From NCBI GenBank assembly GCA_017447445.1, contig JAFSNK010000021.1, forward strand, positions 122,514-186,513: a DNA stretch of 64,000 nt, read 5' to 3'. A model generated the notes under the pieces. That model made no database searches, was not told the origin of the DNA, and saw only the letters and a program-made list of their open reading frames with translations. This stretch comes from Clostridia bacterium. Lineage in GTDB: Bacteria > Bacillota > Clostridia > Oscillospirales > CAG-382. Both the position numbers and the translations under genes were made by a program. Numbering within the stretch: the first letter of the stretch is position 1; each line of letters begins with the position of its first letter. Positions 19,394 through 29,044 of this stretch are shown here, piece by piece.

Positions 19394-20066
19394 CGCGGCA
19401 CCTCAGTTCGTACCCTATCCCGCGCAGCGCCTTTATCTCGCATCTTGATTCTACGAACGCGAGTTTCTTGCGCGCAAAGGACATATATACTTCAACGTTG
19501 TTATACTCCGAATCGCTCTCATAGCCCCATATTTTCAACGCTATCTGCTCGCGCGTAAGCACCCGCCCCTGATTGGCGATAAGGTATTCGAGTATGCGAA
19601 GCTCCTTTTCGCCGAGCCGCACGCTCTGGCCGTTATCGCATTTCAGCACCGCGTTCTTCACGTCGAGAGTAAGGTCTTCGTATTTCAGACTTCCGTCGTT
19701 CGTCGGGAGATTCCGGCGCCCGAGCGCGCGCAGCCGGGCAAGCAGCTCTTTGGTCATAAACGGCTTTGTCAAATAATCGTCCGCGCCGCTGTCGAGCCCT
19801 TCGACCTTGTCGTCAAGCTCGCTTTTCGCGGTGAGCATTAGGATCGGCGTGCGTATGCCCGCCTCTCTCGCCTTTTTTGCCACGGCGAATCCGTTCATCC
19901 CGGGCATCATCACGTCGAGCACGCAGATATCGTATATATCGCTCTCTATCTCGTAAAGCGCGTCCTCCCCGTTGTCGACGGCGGTCACCTCGTATCCCTC
20001 CTGGCGCATTATCTCGCATAACGCGCGGTTCATTCTTTTTTCGTCTTCCGCAAGCAATACTTTCAT
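19383..20066 (-). CDS. OmpR-family response regulator
   Basis: AEDE, LDVMMP, LTKPF, ALRGIGY; GGAGG RBS before MKVLL. Confidence 0.92.
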   Translation of the reverse strand: MKVLLAEDEKRMNRALCEIMRQEGYEVTAVDNGEDALYEIESDIYDICVLDVMMPGMNGFAVAKKAREAGIRTPILMLTAKSELDDKVEGLDSGADDYLTKPFMTKELLARLRALGRRNLPTNDGSLKYEDLTLDVKNAVLKCDNGQSVRLGEKELRILEYLIANQGRVLTREQIALKIWGYESDSEYNNVEVYMSFARKKLAFVESRCEIKALRGIGYELRCRDVQ

Positions 20067-20090
20067 ATTTTCGTCCTCCGTTACAACGCA

Positions 20091-20122
20091 ATTATACGGA
20101 CAAATCTTGAAACAAGATTGAA
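20091..20122 (-). promoter_or_regulatory. -10 box with the same tandem repeat (probable autoregulation)
   Basis: TATAAT (- strand, 20091-20096); TCTTGAA/GATTGAA at 20105 and 20116. Confidence 0.6.
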
Positions 20123-20215
20123 AAACGGGCTTTTTTCCGCGAATGCGGCACTGGGTTCCGCCGCGCGGCTCCGTTAAGATCAAAAGCCACGTTGTACCGT
20201 GGCTTTTGCAATATC

Positions 20216-20620
20216 TTATTTCCCGTCGGCGGCTTTATAAAGCAGCCAGAACACCGCGGATATTATCACAAACACAGCGGCGAACACCAAAGTGATAAAA
20301 CCGTCCGCCGCGCCTCTTCCCGCGGAAAGCACAATTACCGTCTCGGTGATTATCATTCCGGCGCAAGCGGGCAAAAGGCAGCACAGCGCGTCGAGCTTTA
20401 TCGCCTTTTTAATGCCGGATACGCGGTATTTTTTAATATACGACAGCGTTACCCAAAACGGGATAGTATAAAGGCAGGCGACGATAAGCACGGGGACCGT
20501 AAGGTTGAAATACATATGTTCTATTTCGATCAGCGCGTTGAGCGCCGCGTAAAAAGGCCCTAGCAGCGCACAGCACGAAGCTTTTATCGCAAGCGCTTTT
20601 TTCGAATACAGTTTATCCAT
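20216..20620 (-). CDS. Hypothetical 4-TM membrane protein
   Basis: Hydrophobic ORF overlapping the upstream ligase stop. Confidence 0.6.
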   Translation of the reverse strand: MDKLYSKKALAIKASCCALLGPFYAALNALIEIEHMYFNLTVPVLIVACLYTIPFWVTLSYIKKYRVSGIKKAIKLDALCCLLPACAGMIITETVIVLSAGRGAADGFITLVFAAVFVIISAVFWLLYKAADGK

Positions 20621-22268
20621 TTTTGTGATCGTTCGCGCGGATCTCGGCGCGCTTTATTTTTCCGCTGGTGGTTTTCGGCAGTTCCGAAACAAATTCGACG
20701 ATTCGAGGATATTTATACGGCGCGGTAACGTGCTTCACGTGGTTCTGGAGCTCTTTTTTGAGCTCGTCGGAAGCCGTATAACCTTTCGCAAGGACAACGG
20801 TAGCTTTAACGACCTGCCCGCGCACGGGATCCGGCGCCGCGGTAACGGCGCATTCGAGCACGGAGGGATGCGTCATAAGCGCGCTTTCCACCTCGAAAGG
20901 ACCTATCCGGTAGCCGGAGCATTTAATAACGTCGTCGTTCCTGCCGACGAACCAGTAATATCCGTCCGCGTCGCGCCAGGCGGTGTCTCCGGTGTTATAG
21001 CTGTCGTTCACAAAAGCGCGCGCGTTGGCGGCGTCGTCCTCGCGGTAGCCCAAAAACAGTCCGGCGGGATAGTGTTTCGAAAGATTCTTTATTACAATGG
21101 AACCGACTATACCGTCTTCACAACTGTTGCCTTCGGCATCGACTATATCGACGTCGAAATCCGGCGACGGCTTTCCGGTGGAGCCGGGCTTTATGGGTAT
21201 TCCGTCGAAATTCGCGATAATAACGGGCGTTTCCGACTGGCCGAACCCCTCGGTAAGCGTGAGCCCGGTCAGCTCGCGGAACTTGTAAAACACCTCCGGG
21301 TTAAGCGGTTCTCCGGCGATACAGCAGTGTTTTATAGTCGAAAAGTCGTATTTCGCGATATCTTCTTTTATAAGGAACCTGAAGATCGTAGGAGGAGCGC
21401 AGAAGGTTGTAAGCTTTATCTCTTGAATAAGCTCCAGCGTGTTTTTCGCGTTGAATTTCTCGTTATCGTAGGCGACCACTACGGCTCCGCATATCCACTG
21501 GCCGAATATTTTGCCCCATCCGAACTTCGCCCATCCGGAATCGCTCATCGTAAGATGCAGTTTCCCGTCCTCGACGTGCTGCCAGTATTTCGCGGTGATG
21601 ATATGCCCCAAAGGATAGTTGAAGTTATGCATTATCATTTTGGGCATACCGGTGGTGCCGGAGGAAAAATACATAAGCATTACATCGCCGTTCTTATTCG
21701 GAACGCGTTTGAATTCTCCGGGGAACGCTTCGCACTCCCTGCGGAAATCGCGCCAGCCGTCCGGAATATTCTCGCCCACCATAAGGACCTGCTCCAGCGA
21801 ACGGCATTCGGGAACGGATTCGTTCACCGCTTCGATAACGTGCGCGTCCTCCGCGGCGATTATCATCTTCACCCCGGCGGCGTTGCAGCGGTATACGATA
21901 TCTTTTTTTGTAAGCTGATAGGTTGCGGGGATGCATATTGCGCCGATACGGAAAAGCGCGAGCATTACCACCCACACCTCCGCGCGCTGTTTCAACATCA
22001 GCAGCACCGAATCGCCTTTATTTATCCCGAGCGACACGAAATAGTTCGCCGCCATGCACGACATGCGGCGCATATCCCCGAACGTATACATACGGCGCAC
22101 GCCGAAATCGTTGCAGTAAAACAAGGCGGGCTTGTTTACGTCCTGCCTTGCCCACTCGTCTACGACGTCGTAAGCGAAATTGAACCCTTCGGGTATATTG
22201 AGTTTGTAATTTTTCTTCAGGTCCTCGTAGGAATCGAATTCCGTACGCGGGAGAAATCTTTCGATCAT
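20613..22268 (-). CDS. Short/medium-chain acyl-CoA synthetase (AMP-binding)
   Basis: FSSGTTGMPK, EGFGQSET, YNTGD, GYRIGPFEVE, PKTTSGKIKR. Confidence 0.9.
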   Translation of the reverse strand: MIERFLPRTEFDSYEDLKKNYKLNIPEGFNFAYDVVDEWARQDVNKPALFYCNDFGVRRMYTFGDMRRMSCMAANYFVSLGINKGDSVLLMLKQRAEVWVVMLALFRIGAICIPATYQLTKKDIVYRCNAAGVKMIIAAEDAHVIEAVNESVPECRSLEQVLMVGENIPDGWRDFRRECEAFPGEFKRVPNKNGDVMLMYFSSGTTGMPKMIMHNFNYPLGHIITAKYWQHVEDGKLHLTMSDSGWAKFGWGKIFGQWICGAVVVAYDNEKFNAKNTLELIQEIKLTTFCAPPTIFRFLIKEDIAKYDFSTIKHCCIAGEPLNPEVFYKFRELTGLTLTEGFGQSETPVIIANFDGIPIKPGSTGKPSPDFDVDIVDAEGNSCEDGIVGSIVIKNLSKHYPAGLFLGYREDDAANARAFVNDSYNTGDTAWRDADGYYWFVGRNDDVIKCSGYRIGPFEVESALMTHPSVLECAVTAAPDPVRGQVVKATVVLAKGYTASDELKKELQNHVKHVTAPYKYPRIVEFVSELPKTTSGKIKRAEIRANDHKNG

Positions 22269-22284
22269 CTTGTTATACCGTGAA

Positions 22285-22932
22285 TCAATAGGTTATTGTT
22301 ATCTTCTTTATCTTTTGTTCCTTTAACGGTTTGTCGTTCGCGTCGGTCTGCACCGCGGCTATCGCGTCCACAACTTCCATACCTTCGGTGACCTTGCCGA
22401 AAGCCGCGTATTTTCCGTTCAGACTCGGATAATCCTTGTGCATTATAAAGAACTGGCTTCCCGCAGTGTCGTAATACTGATCGTCGTAATAAGGATGCCC
22501 CTGACGCGCCATGGAAATGACTCCGCGTTCGTGCTTTATGGTGTTGTTAACGCCGTTGGCGGTGAATTCACCCTTTATCGTGTACCCCGGTCCGCCGGTC
22601 CCGTCGCCTTTAGGGTCGCCGCCCTGGATCATAAACCCGGAAATGACGCGGTGGAATATAAGCCCGTCGTAGAACCCGGACTCCGCAAGGTTAACGAAAT
22701 TTTCGACGGTTATCGGAGCGACGTTATGATAAAGCTCCAGTTTTATAATCCCGCCGTTTTCCATTTCTATCTCGGCGTGAACGATATCGCCCAAAACCTT
22801 TTCTTCGTTTGACATAGTGCTTACCTCGTTACTTTTTGAATTCGTTTTGTCCTTTTCGCCGGAGCACGCCGCGAAAGAAACCGCGGTAACGCATACCAGC
22901 AATGAAAGTATTGCAAAAAACGCTTTTCGCAT
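22285..22932 (-). CDS. Cyclophilin-type peptidyl-prolyl isomerase (lipoprotein)
   Basis: [29 protein letters not shown]; lipobox FAAC. Confidence 0.92.
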   Translation of the reverse strand: MRKAFFAILSLLVCVTAVSFAACSGEKDKTNSKSNEVSTMSNEEKVLGDIVHAEIEMENGGIIKLELYHNVAPITVENFVNLAESGFYDGLIFHRVISGFMIQGGDPKGDGTGGPGYTIKGEFTANGVNNTIKHERGVISMARQGHPYYDDQYYDTAGSQFFIMHKDYPSLNGKYAAFGKVTEGMEVVDAIAAVQTDANDKPLKEQKIKKITITY

Positions 22933-23142
22933 ATTTACCTCCGTAATGTTATTAAACGCCGCGCAGCGCGCCTGCGCTTAATATTTATACAAAATAGTTT
23001 TATATCACAATTCATTTGATTTGTCAAGACGCACGGGTGCATAGCGTTGAAAAAGCATGGCGGTAAATCAAAAGACCGCGCCACCGTTTCCGAAAGCGCG
23101 GTCTTTGGTTATTTACGTTTTGGATTATCGGCGCGGTCTTTT

Positions 23143-23607
23143 TTATTTATCATCTTTATCCGGGTCCGTTTTTCGGAGTATTTCTTTCTGGATCCGGTTC
23201 AGCTCCGCCGTTTCCTTTCTGTATTTCAGGTACATTATAAGCCAGATCAGGAAAAACGCCGCGATCTGGCAGGACGTCATAATAAGCACTTCGCCGGCAC
23301 TTGTATACCAGCCGAGGAAAAGCGAAAGCGGAATAAACGGCACGATGCATATGACGCAGTGCAGAAACGTCGCCGCGGTAACCGGCAGACGGTCCAGATC
23401 GTACAGTATCGTAAATCCCATACAGCAGGCGCCGTAGATCCCCGACAAAAGCAACTGCAGGATAAGAGCCGTTCTCATACTCTCCGTTTTTGTTACAAGG
23501 TGCTCCGATACACCCGCGGGATCGCCTGAAACAGCAGTTATGAAAGCACATATCGTAACGCCGAGCAAGAACCCTATGCCGGCGAGTTTCAAAAACTTTT
23601 TCAGCAT
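23143..23607 (-). CDS. DUF3021 family membrane protein (LytTR regulatory system inhibitor type)
   Basis: 4 TM, TFLH..I, LGW, IWLIMY...ELN; follows LytTR gene. Confidence 0.75.
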   Translation of the reverse strand: MLKKFLKLAGIGFLLGVTICAFITAVSGDPAGVSEHLVTKTESMRTALILQLLLSGIYGACCMGFTILYDLDRLPVTAATFLHCVICIVPFIPLSLFLGWYTSAGEVLIMTSCQIAAFFLIWLIMYLKYRKETAELNRIQKEILRKTDPDKDDK

Positions 23608-23613
23608 TACACG

Positions 23614-24075
23614 TCACTCCTTTTCTGTAAGTTTTTTACGGATCAGCGGAATGCTCCGCCGGGACGCCCACGTCTCCATTCCGCCCGCCAGCTCGAGCCG
23701 CAGCGTGCCGCCGAGCGTGAAATCGTATTTTTTGATTTTTCCGATATTTACTATTTCGTAACGCGATATCCGCACGAAGTTTTTTGCGTCCAGCTTTTCT
23801 TCAAAATCGTGAAGCGACTGCCGCACTATATATCGGTCTTTTTCGGTAACTATCTGCAGATACTTTCCGTTCACCGAGACCGAAACGATATCCGCGGTAG
23901 AGATCTTTATAAAAGCGCCGTCCGCACCGGTCGCCGTTATCATTTCCGGCAAAGCCGCGGAAATGCTCGCTATCAGTTCGTCGATCCCCTGGTCGCGCTT
24001 CAAAGCGCGTATGCATATTTCAATGCAGTTCGCTTCCGGATCCTCTTCAAACCGTATTTTTACTTCGCGGTTCAT
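23614..24075 (-). CDS. LytTR-only transcription factor
   Basis: FVRISRYEIVN, GGTLRLEL, ASRR; AAGGAG RBS, start MNREV. Confidence 0.88.
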   Translation of the reverse strand: MNREVKIRFEEDPEANCIEICIRALKRDQGIDELIASISAALPEMITATGADGAFIKISTADIVSVSVNGKYLQIVTEKDRYIVRQSLHDFEEKLDAKNFVRISRYEIVNIGKIKKYDFTLGGTLRLELAGGMETWASRRSIPLIRKKLTEKE

Positions 24076-24275
24076 CTTTCGGCATGCTCCTTTCGTCTCA
24101 TTATCGGGTGCGCGCATTCGCTTTTGCTTTCGTCATAATAATGGCAATCCATACAGCCCGGCGCGGTTTTTTCCGCGTTCGCGCACCAGTGCTGATGCGG
24201 CCATCCGGTCTTCGTCCTGCATAAACGGCAGGCGAACAGCCGGCATTCGGATTTAATGTTCTTTATTATATTCAA
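24072..24275 (-). CDS. Small Cys/His-rich protein
   Basis: 67 aa, 7 Cys, two CxxC motifs; TTG start with GGAGG; ATGA overlap with lytTR. Confidence 0.6.
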   Translation of the reverse strand: MNIIKNIKSECRLFACRLCRTKTGWPHQHWCANAEKTAPGCMDCHYYDESKSECAHPIMRRKEHAER

Positions 24276-24322
24276 AGCTTGGTCTTCGCCTCCGCGTTTT
24301 TAATTTATAAATATCAAATAAT

Positions 24323-24390
24323 AGTATATTTATTTCCCGTCAAAACACAAGACCGGCGGCACAAACGGTATAAATAACGGCGCAAACGGC
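24323..24390 (-). promoter_or_regulatory. LytTR-type direct-repeat promoter
   Basis: GCCGTTTGC-N12-ACCGTTTGT, 32 bp before TATACT. Confidence 0.75.
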
Positions 24391-24454
24391 GTTTCGGCAA
24401 TAACAAAAAGTCCCTCAAACATAAGGGATTTTCGTATAGTGCTATGAAAACCGA

Positions 24455-24489
24455 AAGAGACCTGATCCGGCGAACGGATCGGGTCTCTT
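24455..24489 (-). terminator. tRNA-Lys terminator
   Basis: AAGAGACCCGATCCG/CGGATCAGGTCTCTT hairpin. Confidence 0.75.
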
Positions 24490-24492
24490 CAG

Positions 24493-24568
24493 TGGTGATC
24501 CATCGGAGAATCGAACTCCGGACACCATGATTAAAAGTCATGTGCTCTACCGGCTGAGCTAATGGATC
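24493..24568 (-). tRNA. tRNA-Lys(TTT)
   Basis: Cloverleaf; anticodon arm CATGA-CTTTTAA-TCATG; CCA end. Confidence 0.96.
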
Positions 24569-24671
24569 GTACGGCGCGTTTTCAAACCGCCCCGATAGAA
24601 TATCACAAAACGATTGCAAAAGTCAATAGTTTTTTCAAAAAAACTTAAAAAATACAATAATCCTTATTTGC

Positions 24672-25280
24672 TCAATAAAAACGGAAATTCGCTATCACCT
24701 TACCGAGTACGGTAACGTCGCGGCTGTAGATCGGCTTCATGGTATGGTTCGCGGGCTGAAGGCGTATGCGGTTTTCCTCGCGGAAATAGCGCTTCACCGT
24801 CGCCTCGTCGTCGATCATCGCGACGACTATCTCGCCGTCGTCTGCATATCTGCGGCTTTCGACCACAACTATGTCGCCGTCTAATATTCCGGCTTCTATC
24901 ATACTTTCGCCCATGACTCTCAGCGCGAAAAGGTTCGCCTTATCGCGCGCCATCGTAGCGGGAAAATCAACGTAGCCGTCGTAATTCTCCACGGCGAGTA
25001 CCGGCATTCCGGCGGTCACTCTGCCGAGTATCGGGACCTTCTTCATACGTCTTGTATCGACGGCGCCGTTGTTTTCGATTATCAGCGCGCGGCTTTTGCC
25101 GGAAGATTTCTTTATATATCCCTTCGCATCCAGCTTACGCAGATATTCATGCACCGAAGAAGTGGATTTTATACCCAGCGCTTCGCAAATATCGCGCACA
25201 GAGGGCGCGTATCCGTCTTTTTCAAGGCAGTCGTTTATATATTCATAAACCGCCTTTTCTTTTTTCGTAAGTTCAATCAT
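24672..25280 (-). CDS. lexA: SOS repressor LexA
   Basis: PSVRDIC HTH, VTAG cleavage site, GESM, ATVKR; GAGGA RBS before MIELT. Confidence 0.95.
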   Translation of the reverse strand: MIELTKKEKAVYEYINDCLEKDGYAPSVRDICEALGIKSTSSVHEYLRKLDAKGYIKKSSGKSRALIIENNGAVDTRRMKKVPILGRVTAGMPVLAVENYDGYVDFPATMARDKANLFALRVMGESMIEAGILDGDIVVVESRRYADDGEIVVAMIDDEATVKRYFREENRIRLQPANHTMKPIYSRDVTVLGKVIANFRFY

Positions 25281-25686
25281 CGATTTCCTCCTGCTTGTGT
25301 TCCCCGGCTGCGGCAACGGAAAACAGCTCCCTCGCCCGGTCAAGCATCCCCGAAAGATACAGATATCCGAAAAGGCATTCCAGCCCAGTCGCCCTTCTGT
25401 ATTCAAGCGCCTGCGCGCTTTTCGAGCGGTGACTGTTGTGCGCGTTGCGCCCGTATCTGAAAAACTCCGCTTCCGTTTCGTTAAGATAAGGAAGCATCAG
25501 CGCGGCGATCCGGCTTTGCGACACCGCGGTGACGTAATCCATTATGCGCCTGTTTATTTCGGATATGCTGCAGTTTCCGTCGCCGATAACGTGTTCGCGC
25601 GCAAGCGTTTCATAGAAAGAATCGCCCAGATAAGCGAGCGCGAGCGCGCTGTAGCCGCGCTTTATCAGCTCTGTGCTTTTTTCCAT
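25273..25686 (-). CDS. mrnC: Mini-ribonuclease III
   Basis: LAYLGDSFYE, GRN, YRRATGLECLFGYLY; follows cysS. Confidence 0.9.
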   Translation of the reverse strand: MEKSTELIKRGYSALALAYLGDSFYETLAREHVIGDGNCSISEINRRIMDYVTAVSQSRIAALMLPYLNETEAEFFRYGRNAHNSHRSKSAQALEYRRATGLECLFGYLYLSGMLDRARELFSVAAAGEHKQEEIDD

Positions 25687-27062
25687 TTTACACCCTGGGG
25701 AGTGTCCTCAAGTATGATCCCCTTTTCTTTAAGCTCGTTCCTTATGGCGTCCGCCTTCGCGTAATCCTTCGCCTTCTTTGCCTCGGCGCGCAGCGCGATC
25801 ATTTCTTCGATATACGCCGTGTCCTCGGTTCCTTCTTCCCTGCCGAACCCGAGCAAATCGCACAGCGGAATGTATATTTCTTCGACCTTATCAAGGAATT
25901 CACGCGAGCAGTTATGCGCGACCGCCGTGTTTATCGCGCGGGTCATTTCGAAAAGGAACCCGATCGCGTCGGCGGTGTTCAGATCGTCCTCCATCGCGTC
26001 GATGAAAGCCGCCTTCTTTTCCTCCATGAACGCGACGCATTCTTTTTCTTCGGCAGAATACTCGCCGGCGGCGTTCTTTTCCGCAAATTCAACGTTGGAA
26101 AGGCAGTTCTGAAGCCGTTCTACCGCCGCTTTTGATTGAAGCAGCGTATCTTCCGTGTAGTTTATCGGGCTGCGGTACTGCGACGAGAGCAGGAAGAACC
26201 TCACTGCCTTATAGCCGTATTTCGCCGCCGCGTCCCGCACGAGGAAGAAGTTTCCGGCGGATTTGCTCATTTTCTTGTTGTCGACGTTAATATGGCCGTT
26301 GTGCAGCCAGAAGCGCGCAAGCGGCTTGCCCGTGGCGCATTCGCTCTGCGCTATCTCGTTTTCGTGATGCGGGAAAATAAGGTCCACTCCGCCGCCGTGG
26401 ATATCTATTTCCGTACCGAGAAAGCGGTTTACCATAGCGGAGCATTCGATATGCCAGCCCGGGCGTCCCTCTCCCCACGGCGAAGGCCAGGATATCTCGC
26501 CTTCCTCTTTTTTGCCCTTCCAGAGCGCAAAATCATAGGGGTGCTTCTTTATTTCGCTGACGTCGATGCGGGCGCCCGCTTCGAGCTCGTCCATATTGTG
26601 ATGCGAAAGCTTGCCGTATTCATTGTCGCTCTGCGAATCAAAATACACGTCGCTGCCGGAAACGTAGGCGTGTCCGGTCGCGATAAGCTTTTCGACGATC
26701 TCGATTATCTTATCGATGTTTTCGGTAGCGCGCGGATGCACCGTAGCGTCCCGGACGCCGAGACCGTGCGCGTCTTTGTAGTATTCTTTGATATATTTTT
26801 CCGCGATAGCCGGGACGGTGGTCCCTTCTTCCTTCGCCGCGCGTATCAGTTTATCGTCGACGTCGGTAAAGTTCTGAACGAACGTTACCTCGTTTCCCTT
26901 ATATTCGAGATAGCGGCGCAGCATATCAAAAACGACGAAGCAGCGCGCGTTTCCTATATGAAAATAGTTATATACGGTAGGCCCGCAGACGTACATACGC
27001 ACCTTGCCGTCTTTAACCGTAAATTCTTCTTTTTTCCGTGTGAGGGTGTTGAAAAGCTTCAT
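25665..27062 (-). CDS. cysS: Cysteine-tRNA ligase
   Basis: CGPTVY, HIGN, GRPGWHIEC, KMSKS. Confidence 0.97.
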   Translation of the reverse strand: MKLFNTLTRKKEEFTVKDGKVRMYVCGPTVYNYFHIGNARCFVVFDMLRRYLEYKGNEVTFVQNFTDVDDKLIRAAKEEGTTVPAIAEKYIKEYYKDAHGLGVRDATVHPRATENIDKIIEIVEKLIATGHAYVSGSDVYFDSQSDNEYGKLSHHNMDELEAGARIDVSEIKKHPYDFALWKGKKEEGEISWPSPWGEGRPGWHIECSAMVNRFLGTEIDIHGGGVDLIFPHHENEIAQSECATGKPLARFWLHNGHINVDNKKMSKSAGNFFLVRDAAAKYGYKAVRFFLLSSQYRSPINYTEDTLLQSKAAVERLQNCLSNVEFAEKNAAGEYSAEEKECVAFMEEKKAAFIDAMEDDLNTADAIGFLFEMTRAINTAVAHNCSREFLDKVEEIYIPLCDLLGFGREEGTEDTAYIEEMIALRAEAKKAKDYAKADAIRNELKEKGIILEDTPQGVKWKKAQS

Positions 27063-27073
27063 ATGATACCTTC

Positions 27074-27691
27074 TTATTTATTCGTGTTTATGAATTTCCA
27101 ATAGGTCTTTAAGTAATCTATGCCGGAAAGCATGGTGAAGAACAGCATTGCTACCGTCGTAACGGCGGAAAGCACGCCGTAGGTGAAAGGCATAACGACC
27201 GGTTCGAGTATCACCGCGGAAACGGCTATTATCTGAGTGGTGGTCTTTATCTTTCCGAGCTTGCTGGCGGCTATCACGGCTCCGTTGGAGGAAACGACCA
27301 CAAGCCGCATCGAAGTGACCGCGAGCTCGCGGAAGACAACTATAATGGCGGTCCAGAAGAACAGGTGCCTTATTACTGCCGCGGGGATTACCGTTTCGAA
27401 CGAAACCGCTTCGTAATCGAAAATATAACCGGAAAAGCAGATCGCGAACATGGCTCCGAGGATAAGGAATTTATCCGCAAGCGGGTCCATGAATTTGCCG
27501 AAATCGGTTATCATATTCTTTGCCCGCGCGATCCTGCCGTCTAAAAAATCGGTGATCGCGGCAATTATGAAAAGCGACGCGGCTATTATTCTGCTTATAT
27601 TCGGGTTTTCGAAAAAGTTATACGCCAGAAAAACCACGAATACCGGGATGATGAATATTCGCCCTAACGTTAGTTTGTTCGGAAGATTCAA
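27074..27691 (-). CDS. pgsA: CDP-diacylglycerol-glycerol-3-phosphate 3-phosphatidyltransferase
   Basis: NLPNKLT, DFLDGRIAR..ITDFGKFMDPLADK; TTG start with GGAGG. Confidence 0.92.
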   Translation of the reverse strand: MNLPNKLTLGRIFIIPVFVVFLAYNFFENPNISRIIAASLFIIAAITDFLDGRIARAKNMITDFGKFMDPLADKFLILGAMFAICFSGYIFDYEAVSFETVIPAAVIRHLFFWTAIIVVFRELAVTSMRLVVVSSNGAVIAASKLGKIKTTTQIIAVSAVILEPVVMPFTYGVLSAVTTVAMLFFTMLSGIDYLKTYWKFINTNK

Positions 27692-27714
27692 ACAGATCGC
27701 CTCCGTTTTAAGAA

Positions 27715-29040
27715 TTATACGAGCTTGCCCAGAAGGTCGTAATCGAGCACCTCGTCTATGCGTACCGTTACGAATTCGCCGGGACGCACCCTGCGCGACG
27801 CGGAAAAGTAAACTTTGCCGTCGATATCGGGCGCGTCGGCGTAGCTTCTGCCGTAGAAGCATTCGGATACTTCGTCGTAGCCTTCGCAGATCACTTTAAG
27901 TTCTTTGCCGACGAAACCGGCGTTGTACTCGTTGTGTATGCGGTTCTGTATCGACATAAGCTCGTCGCAGCGCTTCTTTTTGGTGTTTTCGGACACCTGC
28001 CCCGGGAAATCAAACGCCGGAGTGCCCTCCTCGCGAGAGTATTCGAAAACGCCGAGCCGTTCGAACCGCGTCTCTTTTATAAAATCGCGCAGCTCGTTGT
28101 ATTCCGCCGCCTTTTCTCCCGGGAACCCGACTATCACGGTGGTCCTGAGCACTATTCCCGGAACGTTATCGCGCAGCTTTTTGATTATCGCTTTTATCCC
28201 CGCCGAAGTATCGCGGCGGTTCATACGTTTCAATATCCCGTCGTTGATGTGCTGGATCGGCATATCTATGTATTTAACGAGCTTTTTATTGTTTTTGAAT
28301 TCCTCGATGAGCCCGTCTGTGATCCTGTCGGGATAGCAGTAAAGCACGCGTATCCATTCTATGCCGTCGATCTCCGAAAGTTCGGAAATAAGAGAATCGA
28401 GAGCATAGGTGCCGTAGAGATCCTCGCCGTAACGGGTGGTATCCTGCGCGACGAGGCAGATCTCTTTTATGCCTATCGAAGCGAGATTCCTTACTTCTTC
28501 CGTAATATCGGACATCTGCCTGCTGCGGAACCTGCCGCGGATAGAAGGTATTACGCAGTAGGTGCAGCAGTTGTCGCATCCTTCGGCGATCTGAACATAC
28601 GCGAAATGATCCGGCGTGGTGATTATCCTTTCGCCGCCGAGCGGCTGTTTGTCGATATCCCCGAAACTTGAATAGCTTTCGCCTTCATACGCGACTTCCA
28701 CCGCATGGCAGATATCGTCCAACGAGCCGGTGCCGAGTATGCAGTTGACTTCGGGAAGCTCTTTAAGCACTTCATCCTTATATCTTTGCGGAAGGCATCC
28801 GGTAACGACAATACCTTTTAACGAGCGGTTCTTTTTGAGCCACGCGATATCAAGTATATTCTCTATCGCTTCGTTTTTTGCGCTTTCGATGAACGCACAG
28901 GTGCTGATGACGATAACGTCCGCGTCGATCTCCTCGGCGACTATCTCCATACCGTGATCGACGAGTTTTGCTATCATGACCTCGGTGTTCAGAAGATTCT
29001 TCGGACAGCCGAGAGAAACGAAACCGACTTTTATGCTCAT
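27715..29040 (-). CDS. rimO: Ribosomal protein S12 methylthiotransferase
   Basis: SLGCPKN, TCAFI, EGCDNCCTYC, DAPDIDG. Confidence 0.93.
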   Translation of the reverse strand: MSIKVGFVSLGCPKNLLNTEVMIAKLVDHGMEIVAEEIDADVIVISTCAFIESAKNEAIENILDIAWLKKNRSLKGIVVTGCLPQRYKDEVLKELPEVNCILGTGSLDDICHAVEVAYEGESYSSFGDIDKQPLGGERIITTPDHFAYVQIAEGCDNCCTYCVIPSIRGRFRSRQMSDITEEVRNLASIGIKEICLVAQDTTRYGEDLYGTYALDSLISELSEIDGIEWIRVLYCYPDRITDGLIEEFKNNKKLVKYIDMPIQHINDGILKRMNRRDTSAGIKAIIKKLRDNVPGIVLRTTVIVGFPGEKAAEYNELRDFIKETRFERLGVFEYSREEGTPAFDFPGQVSENTKKKRCDELMSIQNRIHNEYNAGFVGKELKVICEGYDEVSECFYGRSYADAPDIDGKVYFSASRRVRPGEFVTVRIDEVLDYDLLGKLV

Positions 29041-29044
29041 AGAC

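Noticed and set aside
24314-24619. 101-aa ORF (also 50027-50302)
   Set aside because: Overlap tRNA genes and terminators; spurious
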